Shown here: piece by piece, positions 1-10,828 of the stretch | Layout: every line of letters begins with the position of its first letter | How positions within the stretch are numbered: position 1 is the first letter of the stretch | Origin: Candidatus Cloacimonadales bacterium | GTDB taxonomy: Bacteria; Cloacimonadota; Cloacimonadia; Cloacimonadales; JAFGVF01 | Direction: 5' to 3' | Length of the DNA: 64,000 bases | Assembly (NCBI GenBank): GCA_963662585.1 | Contig: OY759729.1 | Coordinates: 2,720,001 to 2,784,000 of the forward strand | Position numbers and translations under genes: made by a program | Notes under the pieces: generated by a model | The model's database searches: none | Told to the model about the DNA's origin: nothing | Seen by the model: the letters and a program-made list of their open reading frames with translations, nothing else

Positions 1-232
1 TACGCAGGGAATAGACTACAGAGTTATTAGAATAATCTATTATTTTATCATCTAGTTTAATTGAACCAGTGAAATGGCGGAATAATCCAATAATAGACTT
101 AATAAGAACGCTTTTACCACTTCCACTATGTCCTAAAATTACAGTAAATTTTCCTCTTGGAATCTTAATATTTATATCACTTAAGACAATATTATCTTCA
201 AAGCCAATGTTAAAATTCTCAACTCTAATCAA
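1..232 (-). CDS. ABC transporter ATP-binding protein (MlaF-like), 5' part only; runs off the window
   Basis: Not in the ORF track. Manual translation from TTG at 232 gives MIRVENFNIGFEDNIVLSDINIKIPRGKFTVILGHSGSGKSVLIKSIIGL, with Walker A GHSGSGKS. The start overlaps the end of mtaB. Confidence 0.8.
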   Translation of the reverse strand, partial: MIRVENFNIGFEDNIVLSDINIKIPRGKFTVILGHSGSGKSVLIKSIIGLFRHFTGSIKLDDKIIDYSNNSVVYSLR

Positions 233-1520
233 TTATCTCTACCTTTATCCCTTCTTTGAAACGGCAAATAGGTTTTACGGTTATCCTCTGTTTTTTCTGT
301 AGATTATTGCCTGTATAATATATTCTGATATAATGGTCTGAGAGTGAAGTCCAATAATCTTCTTGTTCTTCTTCAACAATCGCAGTTAATTCTAAGTTAT
401 TATTAATTATCTTATCGATATAGATATTAGTCAAGTTATTTGATAGCTCAATAAGTCTATTGCTTCTTTCTTTCTTTATTGTTCCGTTGATTTGATTCTT
501 CATAGTGAAGGCTGGAGTACCTTTTCTTCGGGAATAGGTAAAGACATGCAGATAAGTAATTGGTAAAGAGGCTAAGAAATCAAAAGTCTCTTGGAATAAC
601 TCATCAGTTTCACCAGGAAAGCCAACAATTACATCAATGCCAAAAGCAGCATTAGGGAAAATAGCAATAATATTCTGGATAGTTTGTCTAAACTCAGCAG
701 TAAAGTAATGGCGTTTCATAGCTTTTAGAATAGTATCAGACCCGCTTTGTAAAGGAATATGGAAATGAGGCGTGGTTTTCTTACTCTTTCTGAAGAATGC
801 CAGAACATCTGAAGTAAATAATTGAGGTTCAATGGAGCTAAGTCTAATATTATCTAAGCCCTCAATCTGTTCAATATCTTCAAGTAGATTAGCGAGAAAA
901 TAGTCTGGGTAGAGATCTTTACCGTAGAGTCCCATATTTATGCCACCAAGAACAACTTCATGATAACCATTAGCGACTAATATTTCAATCTGATTAATTA
1001 CTTCTTCTTTCTTTCTACTTCGAGATCTTCCCCGAGCATAAGGAATCGCACAATAAGTACAAAAGAAATCACAACCATCTTGAATTTTTACGAAAGCTCG
1101 AGATCTATCATACATTTCTGTTGCTTTCATCTCACTAAATTTCTTAAACTTCATAATATCGTCAAAGCTATCCTGCTTGGAACAGTAGAGGTCATAAATA
1201 ATATTCTTATGTTGATTATCTACTACAATATCTATATCACCCAAAGTTCTAAGTTCTTCACGATTTCTCTGGACAAAACAGCCAGTTATAATAAGAACAA
1301 TGTTAGGATTTAACTCTTTTCTTTTAAGCACTTTTCTAATAGCATTACGACTTTTGAAGTCAGTTCTATTAGTTACGGTACAAGAATTTACTACATAAAC
1401 ATCAGCATCCTCTTCATAAGCTACGAGCTGAAAACCATGCTCTTCAAACTGAGCAATGATGCCAGCAGATTCGTACTGATTTATTTTGCAACCAAAGGTT
1501 GCCACTGCAATTTTATTCAT
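225..1520 (-). CDS. mtaB: tRNA t6A37 methylthiotransferase MtaB
   Basis: UPF0004 N-terminus TFGCKINQYES and NSCTVT; radical SAM motif KIQDGCDFFCTYCAIP; HVFTYSRRKGT. Confidence 0.9.
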   Translation of the reverse strand: MNKIAVATFGCKINQYESAGIIAQFEEHGFQLVAYEEDADVYVVNSCTVTNRTDFKSRNAIRKVLKRKELNPNIVLIITGCFVQRNREELRTLGDIDIVVDNQHKNIIYDLYCSKQDSFDDIMKFKKFSEMKATEMYDRSRAFVKIQDGCDFFCTYCAIPYARGRSRSRKKEEVINQIEILVANGYHEVVLGGINMGLYGKDLYPDYFLANLLEDIEQIEGLDNIRLSSIEPQLFTSDVLAFFRKSKKTTPHFHIPLQSGSDTILKAMKRHYFTAEFRQTIQNIIAIFPNAAFGIDVIVGFPGETDELFQETFDFLASLPITYLHVFTYSRRKGTPAFTMKNQINGTIKKERSNRLIELSNNLTNIYIDKIINNNLELTAIVEEEQEDYWTSLSDHYIRIYYTGNNLQKKQRITVKPICRFKEGIKVEIID

Positions 1521-2106
1521 AATAGTCTTTTAAAAATTTGTAAATTACTCTTCCATAGTTCTTATGTTCTTCTTTAAGTACCTTGTGAGCAATTATTTCT
1601 GCTGTTTTAGATCGATGAGTGCGGACTCTTTTCTGAAAAATAATATTCCCCTTATCATACTCTCCGTTAACTTGATGAATAGTGATTCCTGAGAATCTCT
1701 CCTTATTCTCAAAAACAGCTTGATGAACATTCATACCATACATTCCTTTACCGCCAAATTTAGGTAACAAAGCAGGATGTATATTTAGAATGGGTATGTT
1801 AATGGAAGTAATAAAATCATTTTGAAGTAATTTCATAAATCCTGCTAAAACGATTAAATCAATGTTGTTAGCTTGGATATAATCTGCAAGCTTATTCTGA
1901 TATGTTCTTATCTCTTTGCACCCTATAAAGTTATGAGGAATATCAAAATATTCGCACTTTTCTATTATGGGAGCATTTTTTGTGGTTATAATAACAGAAG
2001 AGACATCTATAGGTATATTTTTCTTTTTCAGATAATTAGCTATTGCTACAAAGTTAGAACCTCTACTTTTACCTGAAGTTAAAATAACAATCTTATATCT
2101 TCTCAA
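1513..2106 (-). CDS. purN: phosphoribosylglycinamide formyltransferase
   Basis: SG..RGSNF, LAGFM, NIHPALLPKFGGKGMYG, SGITIH.V..EYDKG motifs. Confidence 0.9.
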   Translation of the reverse strand: MRRYKIVILTSGKSRGSNFVAIANYLKKKNIPIDVSSVIITTKNAPIIEKCEYFDIPHNFIGCKEIRTYQNKLADYIQANNIDLIVLAGFMKLLQNDFITSINIPILNIHPALLPKFGGKGMYGMNVHQAVFENKERFSGITIHQVNGEYDKGNIIFQKRVRTHRSKTAEIIAHKVLKEEHKNYGRVIYKFLKDYYE

Positions 2107-2121
2107 GCGAAACTCCTTTAG

Positions 2122-2166
2122 TAAAAAAGAAAATCCCCCTGTGATTTAGAAAATCAAGGGGGAATA
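2122..2166 (-). terminator. probable intrinsic terminator after aspS
   Basis: Minus strand reads TCCCCCTTGATTT-loop-AAATCACAGGGGGA followed by TTTTCTTTTTT. Confidence 0.6.
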
Positions 2167-2173
2167 AATTTAT

Positions 2174-3958
2174 CTATTTCTCTTTAATATCGATCTTAAT
2201 ACTTAATTCTTCTAATTGCTTAGTATCAACTTTAGCTGGAGCTTGACTCATCAAATCTACAGCTTTTAAGGTTTTAGGGAAAGCAATTACATCTCTAATA
2301 GATTCAGCCCCTGTCATTATCATAACAAGTCTGTCAATACCAGGAGCAATTCCACCATGAGGAGGAGTTCCATATTTTAAAGCTTTCACAAAGAAGCCAA
2401 ATCTTTTTTCAATCTCTTCATCATTAAATCCGGCTAAGTTAAATATCTTCTGTTGAATGTCAGCAAGGTGACAACGAATAGAACCTGATGAAAGCTCCAT
2501 TCCGTTACACACTAAATCATATAGCTGTCCCTGAATATCACCAATTTTTGTTGGGTCATCAAAGTAGCTTAAATGCTCTTCTTTTGGCATAGTGAACATG
2601 TGATGCATTGTTTCCCAGATTTGTTTGTCTTCATTAAATTCAAACATAGGGAAATCTGTAATCCAGCAGAAGTTAAATTCCTTTGGATCATAAAGTTTTA
2701 ACTCTTTTCCGAAGTAATTTCTTAACCCAGCAAGTACTTTGAAAACAGTAGAATTTTTATCTGCACCAAAGAGAATTAAATCTCCAACTTGGGCATTAGT
2801 TTTAGCTAAAATAGCTTCTTTCTCAGGATCTGATAAGAACTTAGTAATACCAGCATCAAGTCCTGCCTCTGTAACTTTACAGAATGGTAAGCCTTGAGCT
2901 CCGAGATGTTTGGCAATGTCTGTTAATCCATCAATCATCTTACGGGAATAAGATGCACAAGCAGGGGCAACAATACATCTAACAGAACCTTTGTTTTCGA
3001 AGGCATTTTGGAATACCTTGAATTCAGAGTTTGCTAATATTTCAGAAAGGTCATTTATCTCCATTCCGAATCTAAGATCTGGTTTATCACAACCAAATCT
3101 AGCCATAGATTCTTGATAAGGGATTTTCTTAAATGGGATTTCAATATCTACGCCAATACTCTCTTTAAAGATATATTTAAATAGTTCTTCATTAATTTCA
3201 AAAATCTCTTCTTGAGTAACAAAACTCATTTCCATATCAAGTTGTGTGAACTCAGGCTGTCTGTCAGCTCTTAAATCTTCATCTCTAAAACATCTAGCTA
3301 TTTGGAAATATCTATCAAAACCTGATATCATTAACAATTGCTTGTAGATTTGAGGGGATTGAGGAAGAGCAAAGAATGTGCCAGGATGTACTCTGCTAGG
3401 TACAAGATAATCTCTTGCTCCCTCAGGAGTACTTTTCATTAGAATAGGAGTCTCAATTTCAAAGAAACCACGACTACTAAGAAACTCTCTAATCTTCCAG
3501 ACAATTTTATGCCTAAGAATAATATTTTTATTCAAAACTTTTCTTCTTAAATCTAAGAATCTATATTCTAAGCGTAAATCCTCGTCTGCTACTTGATTCT
3601 CATTTACCTGTACAGGTAGAGGTTCAGAAACATTGAGAAGATCTAATTCTTCGGCAATTACTTCAATATCACCAGTTTCTAAGTTAGCATTAGGATTGTC
3701 TCTTTTAGCAACAGTACCTGTTACACTGATAACGAATTCATTTCTTAACTTATGTGCTTTAGTAATAACTTTCTCATTCTCAGGATTAAAAACAATCTGA
3801 ATTACTCCTGAATGATCTCTTAAATCAACAAATATTAATCCACCTAAATCTCTACGCCGGTGTACCCAACCCATAAGGGTTACTTTTTCTTCACTATTAC
3901 TTATATTTAAGTCTGTTGCAAAATGACTTCTTCTTTTTCCTGCTAATAAATCGAGCAT
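2174..3958 (-). CDS. aspS: aspartate--tRNA ligase
   Basis: [51 protein letters not shown] domain, [13 protein letters not shown]. Confidence 0.97.
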   Translation of the reverse strand: MLDLLAGKRRSHFATDLNISNSEEKVTLMGWVHRRRDLGGLIFVDLRDHSGVIQIVFNPENEKVITKAHKLRNEFVISVTGTVAKRDNPNANLETGDIEVIAEELDLLNVSEPLPVQVNENQVADEDLRLEYRFLDLRRKVLNKNIILRHKIVWKIREFLSSRGFFEIETPILMKSTPEGARDYLVPSRVHPGTFFALPQSPQIYKQLLMISGFDRYFQIARCFRDEDLRADRQPEFTQLDMEMSFVTQEEIFEINEELFKYIFKESIGVDIEIPFKKIPYQESMARFGCDKPDLRFGMEINDLSEILANSEFKVFQNAFENKGSVRCIVAPACASYSRKMIDGLTDIAKHLGAQGLPFCKVTEAGLDAGITKFLSDPEKEAILAKTNAQVGDLILFGADKNSTVFKVLAGLRNYFGKELKLYDPKEFNFCWITDFPMFEFNEDKQIWETMHHMFTMPKEEHLSYFDDPTKIGDIQGQLYDLVCNGMELSSGSIRCHLADIQQKIFNLAGFNDEEIEKRFGFFVKALKYGTPPHGGIAPGIDRLVMIMTGAESIRDVIAFPKTLKAVDLMSQAPAKVDTKQLEELSIKIDIKEK

Positions 3959-4012
3959 TATTACTCCTATAAATTTATGTTTAAAGACACTTTATAAATC
4001 GCTATTTAATTT

Positions 4013-4912
4013 TCAAGACTTTTTTTGTAAAAATCTAACATTTCTTGAAACATAATGAAATATTTTCCAGCTATTAATGAATCTATCTATTCTTAAAGAA
4101 CTATGTTCATTGGAAATTCTCTGAATATATCTGATATCAAGTTGATGATTAAGTCCATACCCACCAAAAAGAAAATCAATTTGTTGGCTAACTTTCTTTA
4201 AAACATCTCTACTTATTCCTACATCATTATGAGGTATCGAACCAAGACTATAATCTAAGTTAAATCTCTTGCTAATATCTAAAGCACTATCGACTATTCT
4301 GTATTCTTGTTCAGAAGCAGGCATATCTTTCAATCTTAAGTGATCTCGAGTATGACCACCGAAGTAATATCCAGCTTTTATCATTTCTGAGATTTGCGGA
4401 GAAGATAGATAAGGACTCTTTTCTTGTAAGTAGAGATCAGAGTCTATTCCCGCTATGGTTAATAAAGAGTTTATTGAATGATCATCACTACTTTTTAGAG
4501 ATAATAATTTCTCTTTAATACTTGTAATCTTGCAATCTAACATATATGACATGTGTTGAAGAATGATTGGACTTAGGTAAGCTAATTTAGATATTAAGAG
4601 GGAAACTTTTGCTCGGTAAAACATCGCTTTGTTATCTATAAAGTCATTATTAACGAAGAAGAAGGCTGGTAGAGAATATTTCTCTAGAAGTGGATAAATT
4701 GTATGGTAACATTCAGAAAGTCCGTCATCAAAAGTTAATACGACTCCTCTTCTATTAGCTTGAATATCAGCTAAATCTAATATTTTGTACTTTCTTACAA
4801 GTACTTCTAAATCCTGACCAAAAGTAGCTATATTTTTGTGAGAATATAAGTTTTCGACTAAAGGATTTCTCTCATTACTTACTAAATGATAATAGATAGG
4901 GATTATTTTCAT
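4013..4912 (-). CDS. polysaccharide deacetylase family protein (CE4/NodB-like)
   Basis: YYHLV, LTFDDG and FGGHTRDH motifs. Confidence 0.8.
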   Translation of the reverse strand: MKIIPIYYHLVSNERNPLVENLYSHKNIATFGQDLEVLVRKYKILDLADIQANRRGVVLTFDDGLSECYHTIYPLLEKYSLPAFFFVNNDFIDNKAMFYRAKVSLLISKLAYLSPIILQHMSYMLDCKITSIKEKLLSLKSSDDHSINSLLTIAGIDSDLYLQEKSPYLSSPQISEMIKAGYYFGGHTRDHLRLKDMPASEQEYRIVDSALDISKRFNLDYSLGSIPHNDVGISRDVLKKVSQQIDFLFGGYGLNHQLDIRYIQRISNEHSSLRIDRFINSWKIFHYVSRNVRFLQKKS

Positions 4913-5129
4913 GGGCTTATAGTTTTTTGGGAGGATTTACTGTCAAGTTATTTGAAAAGTGTGATTGTCTGTAATCTTATAAAAAAAATAATGGTAAGTT
5001 GAAATCGCAAGATAAGGATTTATTAGAGGATAAGCTCACCCTAGAAAATAATCTCTAGCCTATATTTGTCAAAATAAAACTTGACTCTTTACATTAAGAA
5101 AGGAAAAATATTATTTTCGGAGGTAGATT

Positions 5130-6230
5130 ATGAAAAAAAGATTATTAGTAGCTACGGGTGGTGGAGATTGCCCTGGCTTAAACGCTGTGATAAGAGCTAT
5201 AGTTAAAAGGTCAAGACAAGAGAGCGACGATTGGCAAGTAATTGGAAGTATAGATGCTTTCAATGGAATACTGCAAGATCCTATGAGATTAATGGAACTT
5301 ACTCCAGAAGTAGTTGCTGGAATTCATGTTAAGGGTGGTACTCTCATTGGCACAACTAATAAAGGTGGACCTTTTGCTTGGCCTGTCAAAGATATTAAAG
5401 GAAATATTACCACAATAGATAGATCTCATGACTTAATAAAGAGAATTCAATATGAGGGTTTTGATGCTGTTATAAACATCGGCGGAGATGGCTCCCAAAG
5501 GATTTCTCAAAAGCTTTTTGAAAAAGGATGCCCAATTATTGGTATTCCTAAAACAATTGATAATGACCTCTCTTTTACAGATTTTACTTTCGGATTCCAA
5601 ACTGCAGTTGAAATAGCTACAGATGCTATTGATAAATTAGTAACTACTGCTGCTTCTCATCATAGAATATTTGTTCTGGAAGTTATGGGAAGATATGCTG
5701 GTTGGATTGCACTTCATGCTGCAATTGCCGGAGGTGCTGAAGTATGCCTAATTCCAGAAATCCCCTATAATTTAGAAAAAATTAAAGAGAGCTTGAATGA
5801 CAGAATAAAAGATGGTCCAGGTTTTGCTGTGATTATCATTGCTGAAGGAGCTAAGCCAATCGGTGGAGAAATGGCTAATGAAGGTTTTAAAAGTGTAGAA
5901 TCCCATGAAATCCACTTAAAAGGTGCAGGTGAGAGATTAGTTCAAGAGATTAATGATTTAGATTTAGGAGTCGAAACTCGTTTATTAGTTCTAGGGCATT
6001 TGCAAAGAGGTGGAATCCCTAATTCCTTTGATAGAATCTTGGCTGCTCAATTTGGTGTCAAAGCTTTTGAAATGGTTCTGAATAAGCAATATGGAGAGAT
6101 GGTTTGTTATACTCATCCTAATTTAACTACAGTCAAAATAAAAAAAGCAATCAAAGAATATAATCTTATTGATTTAAATAGCGATATCATTAACACTGCT
6201 CGAGGATTAGATATAAATTTAGGAGACTAA
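5130..6230 (+). CDS. pfkA: 6-phosphofructokinase
   Basis: TGGGDCPGLNAVIR, IGGDGS, PKTIDND, EVMGRYAGWIA, LGHLQRGG. Confidence 0.92.
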   Translation: MKKRLLVATGGGDCPGLNAVIRAIVKRSRQESDDWQVIGSIDAFNGILQDPMRLMELTPEVVAGIHVKGGTLIGTTNKGGPFAWPVKDIKGNITTIDRSHDLIKRIQYEGFDAVINIGGDGSQRISQKLFEKGCPIIGIPKTIDNDLSFTDFTFGFQTAVEIATDAIDKLVTTAASHHRIFVLEVMGRYAGWIALHAAIAGGAEVCLIPEIPYNLEKIKESLNDRIKDGPGFAVIIIAEGAKPIGGEMANEGFKSVESHEIHLKGAGERLVQEINDLDLGVETRLLVLGHLQRGGIPNSFDRILAAQFGVKAFEMVLNKQYGEMVCYTHPNLTTVKIKKAIKEYNLIDLNSDIINTARGLDINLGD

Positions 6231-6254
6231 AAAATTTATAATTTTGTTTAGATT

Positions 6255-6442
6255 TTTCTATCCACTAATTTCACGAATTAAGAAAATATCCCGAAGGGAT
6301 TAAATAGATTAGCCCATGGTCTCTTTTTTTGAAGAAAAATTGACCCTGGGTATGGCGCACCAATATTTGTGTAACCCTGTAAGGGTTTAATAGAGAAAAT
6401 AATAATTGCTAAAAAATCGGTCAAATTACTTAGGGCTGGACA
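6255..6442 (+). repeat. ~188-bp dispersed element with a REP-like core; inverted near-copy at 62197-62384
   Basis: Direct comparison with the reverse complement of 62197-62384; core ATCCCGAAGGGAT..TAGCCC..GACCCTGGG..CCCTGTAAGGG. Confidence 0.8.
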
Positions 6443-6559
6443 AGAGAAAAGAAATTTCACACGAATTTCACGAATGTAGAGGCCTATTGCCAAAGGCCTT
6501 CTTGAAAATGCCTTTAACACAGAGTCTTTTCAAAAATTTTTAAGAATATGATCCGACCT

Positions 6560-6746
6560 CTTAAATCCCCCTCCGTGAGGGGGACACAGGGGGTGTTTCC
6601 TATGGAATGGAAGCGTCCCTGCTTCCATTAAGCAATAATCCCCCTCCGTGATGGGGACACAGGGGGTGTTTCCTATGGAATGGAAGCGTCCCTGCTTCCA
6701 TTAAGTAATAATCCCTCTCCGCGAGGGGGACATAGGGGGTGTTTCT
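6560..6746. repeat. 2.5 tandem copies of a 73-bp REP-like hairpin unit
   Basis: ATCCCCCTCCGTGAGGGGGACACAGGGGGTGTTTCCTATGGAATGGAAGCGTCCCTGCTTCCATTAAG-like units start at 6565, 6638 and 6711. They are the reverse complement of modules in the 45047-45608 cluster. Confidence 0.85.
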
Positions 6747-6944
6747 TTTTAAAGGCGAAGCATTAGTCTAGCCTCAAAGATGTTAAAAATTTCTAAAAAA
6801 TCACTAATATCATATAGTACTGTAAATTATTTACGACATAATATTGTTTGATTCCAGAAATTGAACTTGACAGAACATAGAGCTTTTTCAAACTCATAAT
6901 AGATTATTCGGGTTAAATTAAGGATATCTAATTTAGGAGATGCT

Positions 6945-9188
6945 GTGAAAACAAAATTATTTGTCTTATTCTTTGTGTTAACTTCTTTTTTAAGGGCTGA
7001 AGTTATTTTTTATGATAATTTTAATCGTCCAAATGGAGAAGTAGGTAATAGTTGGATTACGGTTGGTCCAGCAGTTAACTCTGAAATTGAAGCTGGAGTA
7101 ATGAAGATTGACGCTGGCTTTAATCGTGGAATTAGCAGATCTTTTACAGAAATCAATAGTGGAATCTATTATGTCCAATATGATTGGAAATTCTCGGAGA
7201 GTGATTGGTTTGTTTCATCTTTTCCTAGTGATATTCCTGTTCATCTTCTTTGGGAAAACACAGGCTCATTTTACACTGATCCTTCTGGAGTGTATGCTAA
7301 TCCCGTACTGATCGGACAAGTGGCTGTGAATACTTGGGCTACTGTAAAGTGGAAGGTCAATATTGATACTAATCAATACTCAATCTGGATAAATGATGAT
7401 CTGCTTGCTGAAGATCTTACAAGTAATCCCATTAATCTGTTTAATAGCTTTACTTTCCGCACAGCAAATGGTTCTTTTGGAACTCAATTCATAGATAATT
7501 TTGTAGTTTTTAATAATACAGCCCCGCAAATTCCTAGTGGTTTAATAGCTTCAGGAAGTGTGAATGAAATAAGCTTAAACTGGACCGAAATAGAAGATCA
7601 AGATTTTATCACTTATAAAATTTATAGAAGCCTTACTAGTCCTGCAACAGACTTTCTTGCTGAAACTCAAGGTAATCAAAATAGTTATATTGATACTAGT
7701 GCAGAAGCAAATACTGATTATTTTTATAGAATAAAAGCTGTTTCTATGAATACTTTAGAAAGTCCTTATTCTGAAGAAGTTACTAGTCATTTAATGCCCT
7801 TACCTGTCTTAACTCCTGAAAGTTATATCCTTAATCTAAGAGTAGATAATCCTAGCGAAACTATAGATTTTAGTCTTTCAAACAATGGCTCTTACCCTCT
7901 ACATTATAACTTGTTAGGAACTGATGATTTAGCTCCTGAGAATCAATTACCAATTATCTCAGATTTTTCTCCTATGGGGATTCATTCTGGACATGCCTAT
8001 TATGTTAGTAATTCTGATATGGACTGGCATTCAGCCAAAGCACTTTGCCAAGAAAAGGGCGGACATCTTGTTACTATTTCCAATCTGGAAGAGAATACCT
8101 TTGTCTATGAAAATACTCAAGGGAAAATTTGGCTAGGTTTTACTGATGAAGAGCTTGAAGGAAATTGGGAGTGGATAACTGGTGAGCCGGTTAGCTTTAC
8201 TAATTGGTTACCAGGAGAACCAAATAATAACAATAATGATGAAAATTATGCTCATCTTAGACACACAGCTCCATTTGATAAATGGAACGATGAAGATGGT
8301 TCTTCTTACACCAACTTTTATGCTGTCTTAGAATTTGATTATTTACTATCTCCATCGATACTTATATTTGATCAAAGTTCTGGAAACATAAATTCGGGAG
8401 ATTTCCAAGATATTTCAGTCAGTGTTGATGGTAATAATTTAGCTGATGGGATTCATGAAACTTCAATTAGGTTGAATGTTCAAGGTATAACTCAACCTTA
8501 TTATTACCCAATAACAATCAATGTTGATTTTAATCCACCTTCTCAAGTAAGTAATGTCTCTGTTAATAGTCAAGTTACTGATGCTAATCAAATCGGGATA
8601 AATTGGGATAGTAATAATGCAACAGAACAGGTTCTGGCATATAAAATATATCGTAGAGGCAGAGATGAAGTGGATTGGAGATTACTTGCTACTCTTCCTA
8701 ATACTCAACTTTCATATACTGATAACCAATTTACACCAATTGATAGTACTTTTGTCTATTACTCAGTGACTGCAGAAGACTGGGTAGGCAATCTAAGCCA
8801 AGCATCTGAACCTATTATAGCTTCTTTACAAAGATATTTAGCTCCTGAATCCTTAGTGCTTGCTAATATCGAAGATCGAGATATTCAACTTTCTTGGAAT
8901 CCAGTAACTCATACAATTACTGGAGTAGCTGGTACCCCAAGCTGTTACATCATTTATAAAAGTCAAAGACCATTACCTTTGTCGGAATATGACTTTCTCG
9001 CAGTCTCTTTTACTCCTGAGTATACTCATAACTGGGCCCTCTACTTCCAACCAGCAGATAAATTATTCTATATCGTTACTGCTTACGGGGGGAATATGCA
9101 AAGATTAAATCAAATATTATCCAGGAAAGAGAGTTGGAAAAGGGGAGAATTAGAAGAAAAACTAAGGGCATTTAGAATAGATGATTAA
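6945..9188 (+). CDS. secreted multidomain protein: beta-sandwich, FN3 repeats and a C-type lectin domain
   Basis: Signal peptide; FN3 signatures (LNW..YKIYR..YFYRIKAV); CTLD W..AK.LC...GGHLVTI..WLG..W.W.TGE...FTNW.PGEPN..WND. Confidence 0.8.
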   Translation: MKTKLFVLFFVLTSFLRAEVIFYDNFNRPNGEVGNSWITVGPAVNSEIEAGVMKIDAGFNRGISRSFTEINSGIYYVQYDWKFSESDWFVSSFPSDIPVHLLWENTGSFYTDPSGVYANPVLIGQVAVNTWATVKWKVNIDTNQYSIWINDDLLAEDLTSNPINLFNSFTFRTANGSFGTQFIDNFVVFNNTAPQIPSGLIASGSVNEISLNWTEIEDQDFITYKIYRSLTSPATDFLAETQGNQNSYIDTSAEANTDYFYRIKAVSMNTLESPYSEEVTSHLMPLPVLTPESYILNLRVDNPSETIDFSLSNNGSYPLHYNLLGTDDLAPENQLPIISDFSPMGIHSGHAYYVSNSDMDWHSAKALCQEKGGHLVTISNLEENTFVYENTQGKIWLGFTDEELEGNWEWITGEPVSFTNWLPGEPNNNNNDENYAHLRHTAPFDKWNDEDGSSYTNFYAVLEFDYLLSPSILIFDQSSGNINSGDFQDISVSVDGNNLADGIHETSIRLNVQGITQPYYYPITINVDFNPPSQVSNVSVNSQVTDANQIGINWDSNNATEQVLAYKIYRRGRDEVDWRLLATLPNTQLSYTDNQFTPIDSTFVYYSVTAEDWVGNLSQASEPIIASLQRYLAPESLVLANIEDRDIQLSWNPVTHTITGVAGTPSCYIIYKSQRPLPLSEYDFLAVSFTPEYTHNWALYFQPADKLFYIVTAYGGNMQRLNQILSRKESWKRGELEEKLRAFRIDD

Positions 9189-9457
9189 GAATGTAGAATT
9201 TGACAAGGTAAAAATGCCTGCATGCTTGTAGGTATTACTGTATTATTTGGGTTAAACAGGAAGTTGAATTAGTCTTTCTTAACTAGGATGTTTTCAATCC
9301 TCTTCCCTAGATAGCTAGCTTATCATGTCTAAATCGTTTCTCTAGTAAAATTCTAAATTCATATTCTTCTAGCAATAAAATCTATTGACACAATCACTAT
9401 AAAGAAAAAATATAATTATCTTGAATAAAAATTTTACTTTTGAGGAGTTAAATAACT

Positions 9458-10753
9458 ATGAAAACAATATTTGTTAAAGATATAAAAGACTATTTAGGTG
9501 AGGAAATTCATCTTCGTGGTTGGGTTAGGAATATTAGGAAAAGTGGAAAATTAATGTTTATCATTTTTAGAGATGGTACAGGAACTATTCAGACTGTTGT
9601 CTATAAACCTGGCATCGGAGAAGAAAAATTTGAGCTTTCCAAGACTTTGACTATTGAGTCATCTGTAGAAATTTGGGGTACTCCTAAAGAACATCCTAAC
9701 AAACCAGGTGTTTATGAATTAGATGTTACAGATTTAAAACCTGTATGTATCTCTCCAGAATACCCAATTAGTAAAAAAGAACATGGTCCTGATTTCTTAT
9801 TATCTAACCGTCATTTGTGGATAAGAGCACCCAAGCAATGGGCTAACTTAAAAGTAAGACATACTGTTTATCATGCTGTAAGTGAATATCTTAACAATAA
9901 TTCTTTTACTAGATTTGATTCCCCTATTTTAACTCCTAATCCTTGTGAAGGTTCAACCACTCTCTTTGAAGTAGAATATTTCGACCAAGGTTCAGCATAT
10001 CTTTCCCAATCAGGACAGCTCTACTTAGAACCGGCAATTATGACTTTGGGAAGAGTTTATGATTTTGGTCCTGTTTTTAGAGCTGAAAAATCAAAGACAA
10101 GAAAACACTTAACTGAATTCTGGATGATGGATGCAGAAGCAGCTTTTGTTGAACATAAAGAGAATATGGAAATTCAAGAAGGATTAGTTAGACATGTTAT
10201 TAGAACAGTCTTAGAAAAATGTCCAAAAGAGTTGGAAATATTAGAAAGAGATGTTGAGCAACTTAAAAAAGCTGATGCTCCATTTAGGGTTATGACTCAT
10301 TATGAAGCTATTGAATTTTTACAAAGTAAAGGTTGTGAAATCTCTCATGGTGAAGATTTTGGAGCTAATGAAGAAGCTTTATTAACTGAAGGCAGTGATG
10401 TCGCTCTATTCATTGAAAAATGGCCTAAAAAAATTAAAGCTTTCTATATGAAACAAGATCCAGAAAACCCAGACTTAGTACTTGGTTCAGACTTAATCGC
10501 CCCTGAAGGATTTGGCGAAATTATTGGTGGTTCTCAGCGTGAAGATGATTATGATGTTCTTCTTGCTAGAATGGAAGAAGAAAAGCTAGATGTTAGTACC
10601 TATGAATGGTATTTAGATATGCGTAAATATGGTTCAGTTCCTCATAGTGGATTCGGTATCGGTTTAGAGAGATTAGTTCAATGGATGACTGGAACCAAAC
10701 ACATCAGAGAAGTAATTCCATTCCCAAGAATGATTTATAGAATTTATCCATAA
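9458..10753 (+). CDS. asnS: asparagine--tRNA ligase
   Basis: LSQSGQLYLE, FGPVFRAEKSKTRKHLTEFWM, EIIGGSQRE, YGSVPHSGFGIGLERL. Confidence 0.95.
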   Translation: MKTIFVKDIKDYLGEEIHLRGWVRNIRKSGKLMFIIFRDGTGTIQTVVYKPGIGEEKFELSKTLTIESSVEIWGTPKEHPNKPGVYELDVTDLKPVCISPEYPISKKEHGPDFLLSNRHLWIRAPKQWANLKVRHTVYHAVSEYLNNNSFTRFDSPILTPNPCEGSTTLFEVEYFDQGSAYLSQSGQLYLEPAIMTLGRVYDFGPVFRAEKSKTRKHLTEFWMMDAEAAFVEHKENMEIQEGLVRHVIRTVLEKCPKELEILERDVEQLKKADAPFRVMTHYEAIEFLQSKGCEISHGEDFGANEEALLTEGSDVALFIEKWPKKIKAFYMKQDPENPDLVLGSDLIAPEGFGEIIGGSQREDDYDVLLARMEEEKLDVSTYEWYLDMRKYGSVPHSGFGIGLERLVQWMTGTKHIREVIPFPRMIYRIYP

Positions 10754-10828
10754 GATATATATTTTAGATTATGCAAAATATTAAGATAAAGAAATTTGAC
10801 CAGGATTCTCAAGTAGATTAATTAATAT

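Noticed and set aside
69..2076. Short + strand ORFs (69-302, 1080-1313, 1873-2076) and similar antisense ORFs elsewhere (e.g. 18108-18590, 33106-33567, 35359-35685, 48984-49253)
   Set aside because: Shadows of well-supported genes on the opposite strand, with no recognisable motifs
8215..8245. AAC/AAT-rich lectin segment as a DGR variable region
   Set aside because: No reverse transcriptase or template repeat is seen in the window, and this is a canonical CTLD loop
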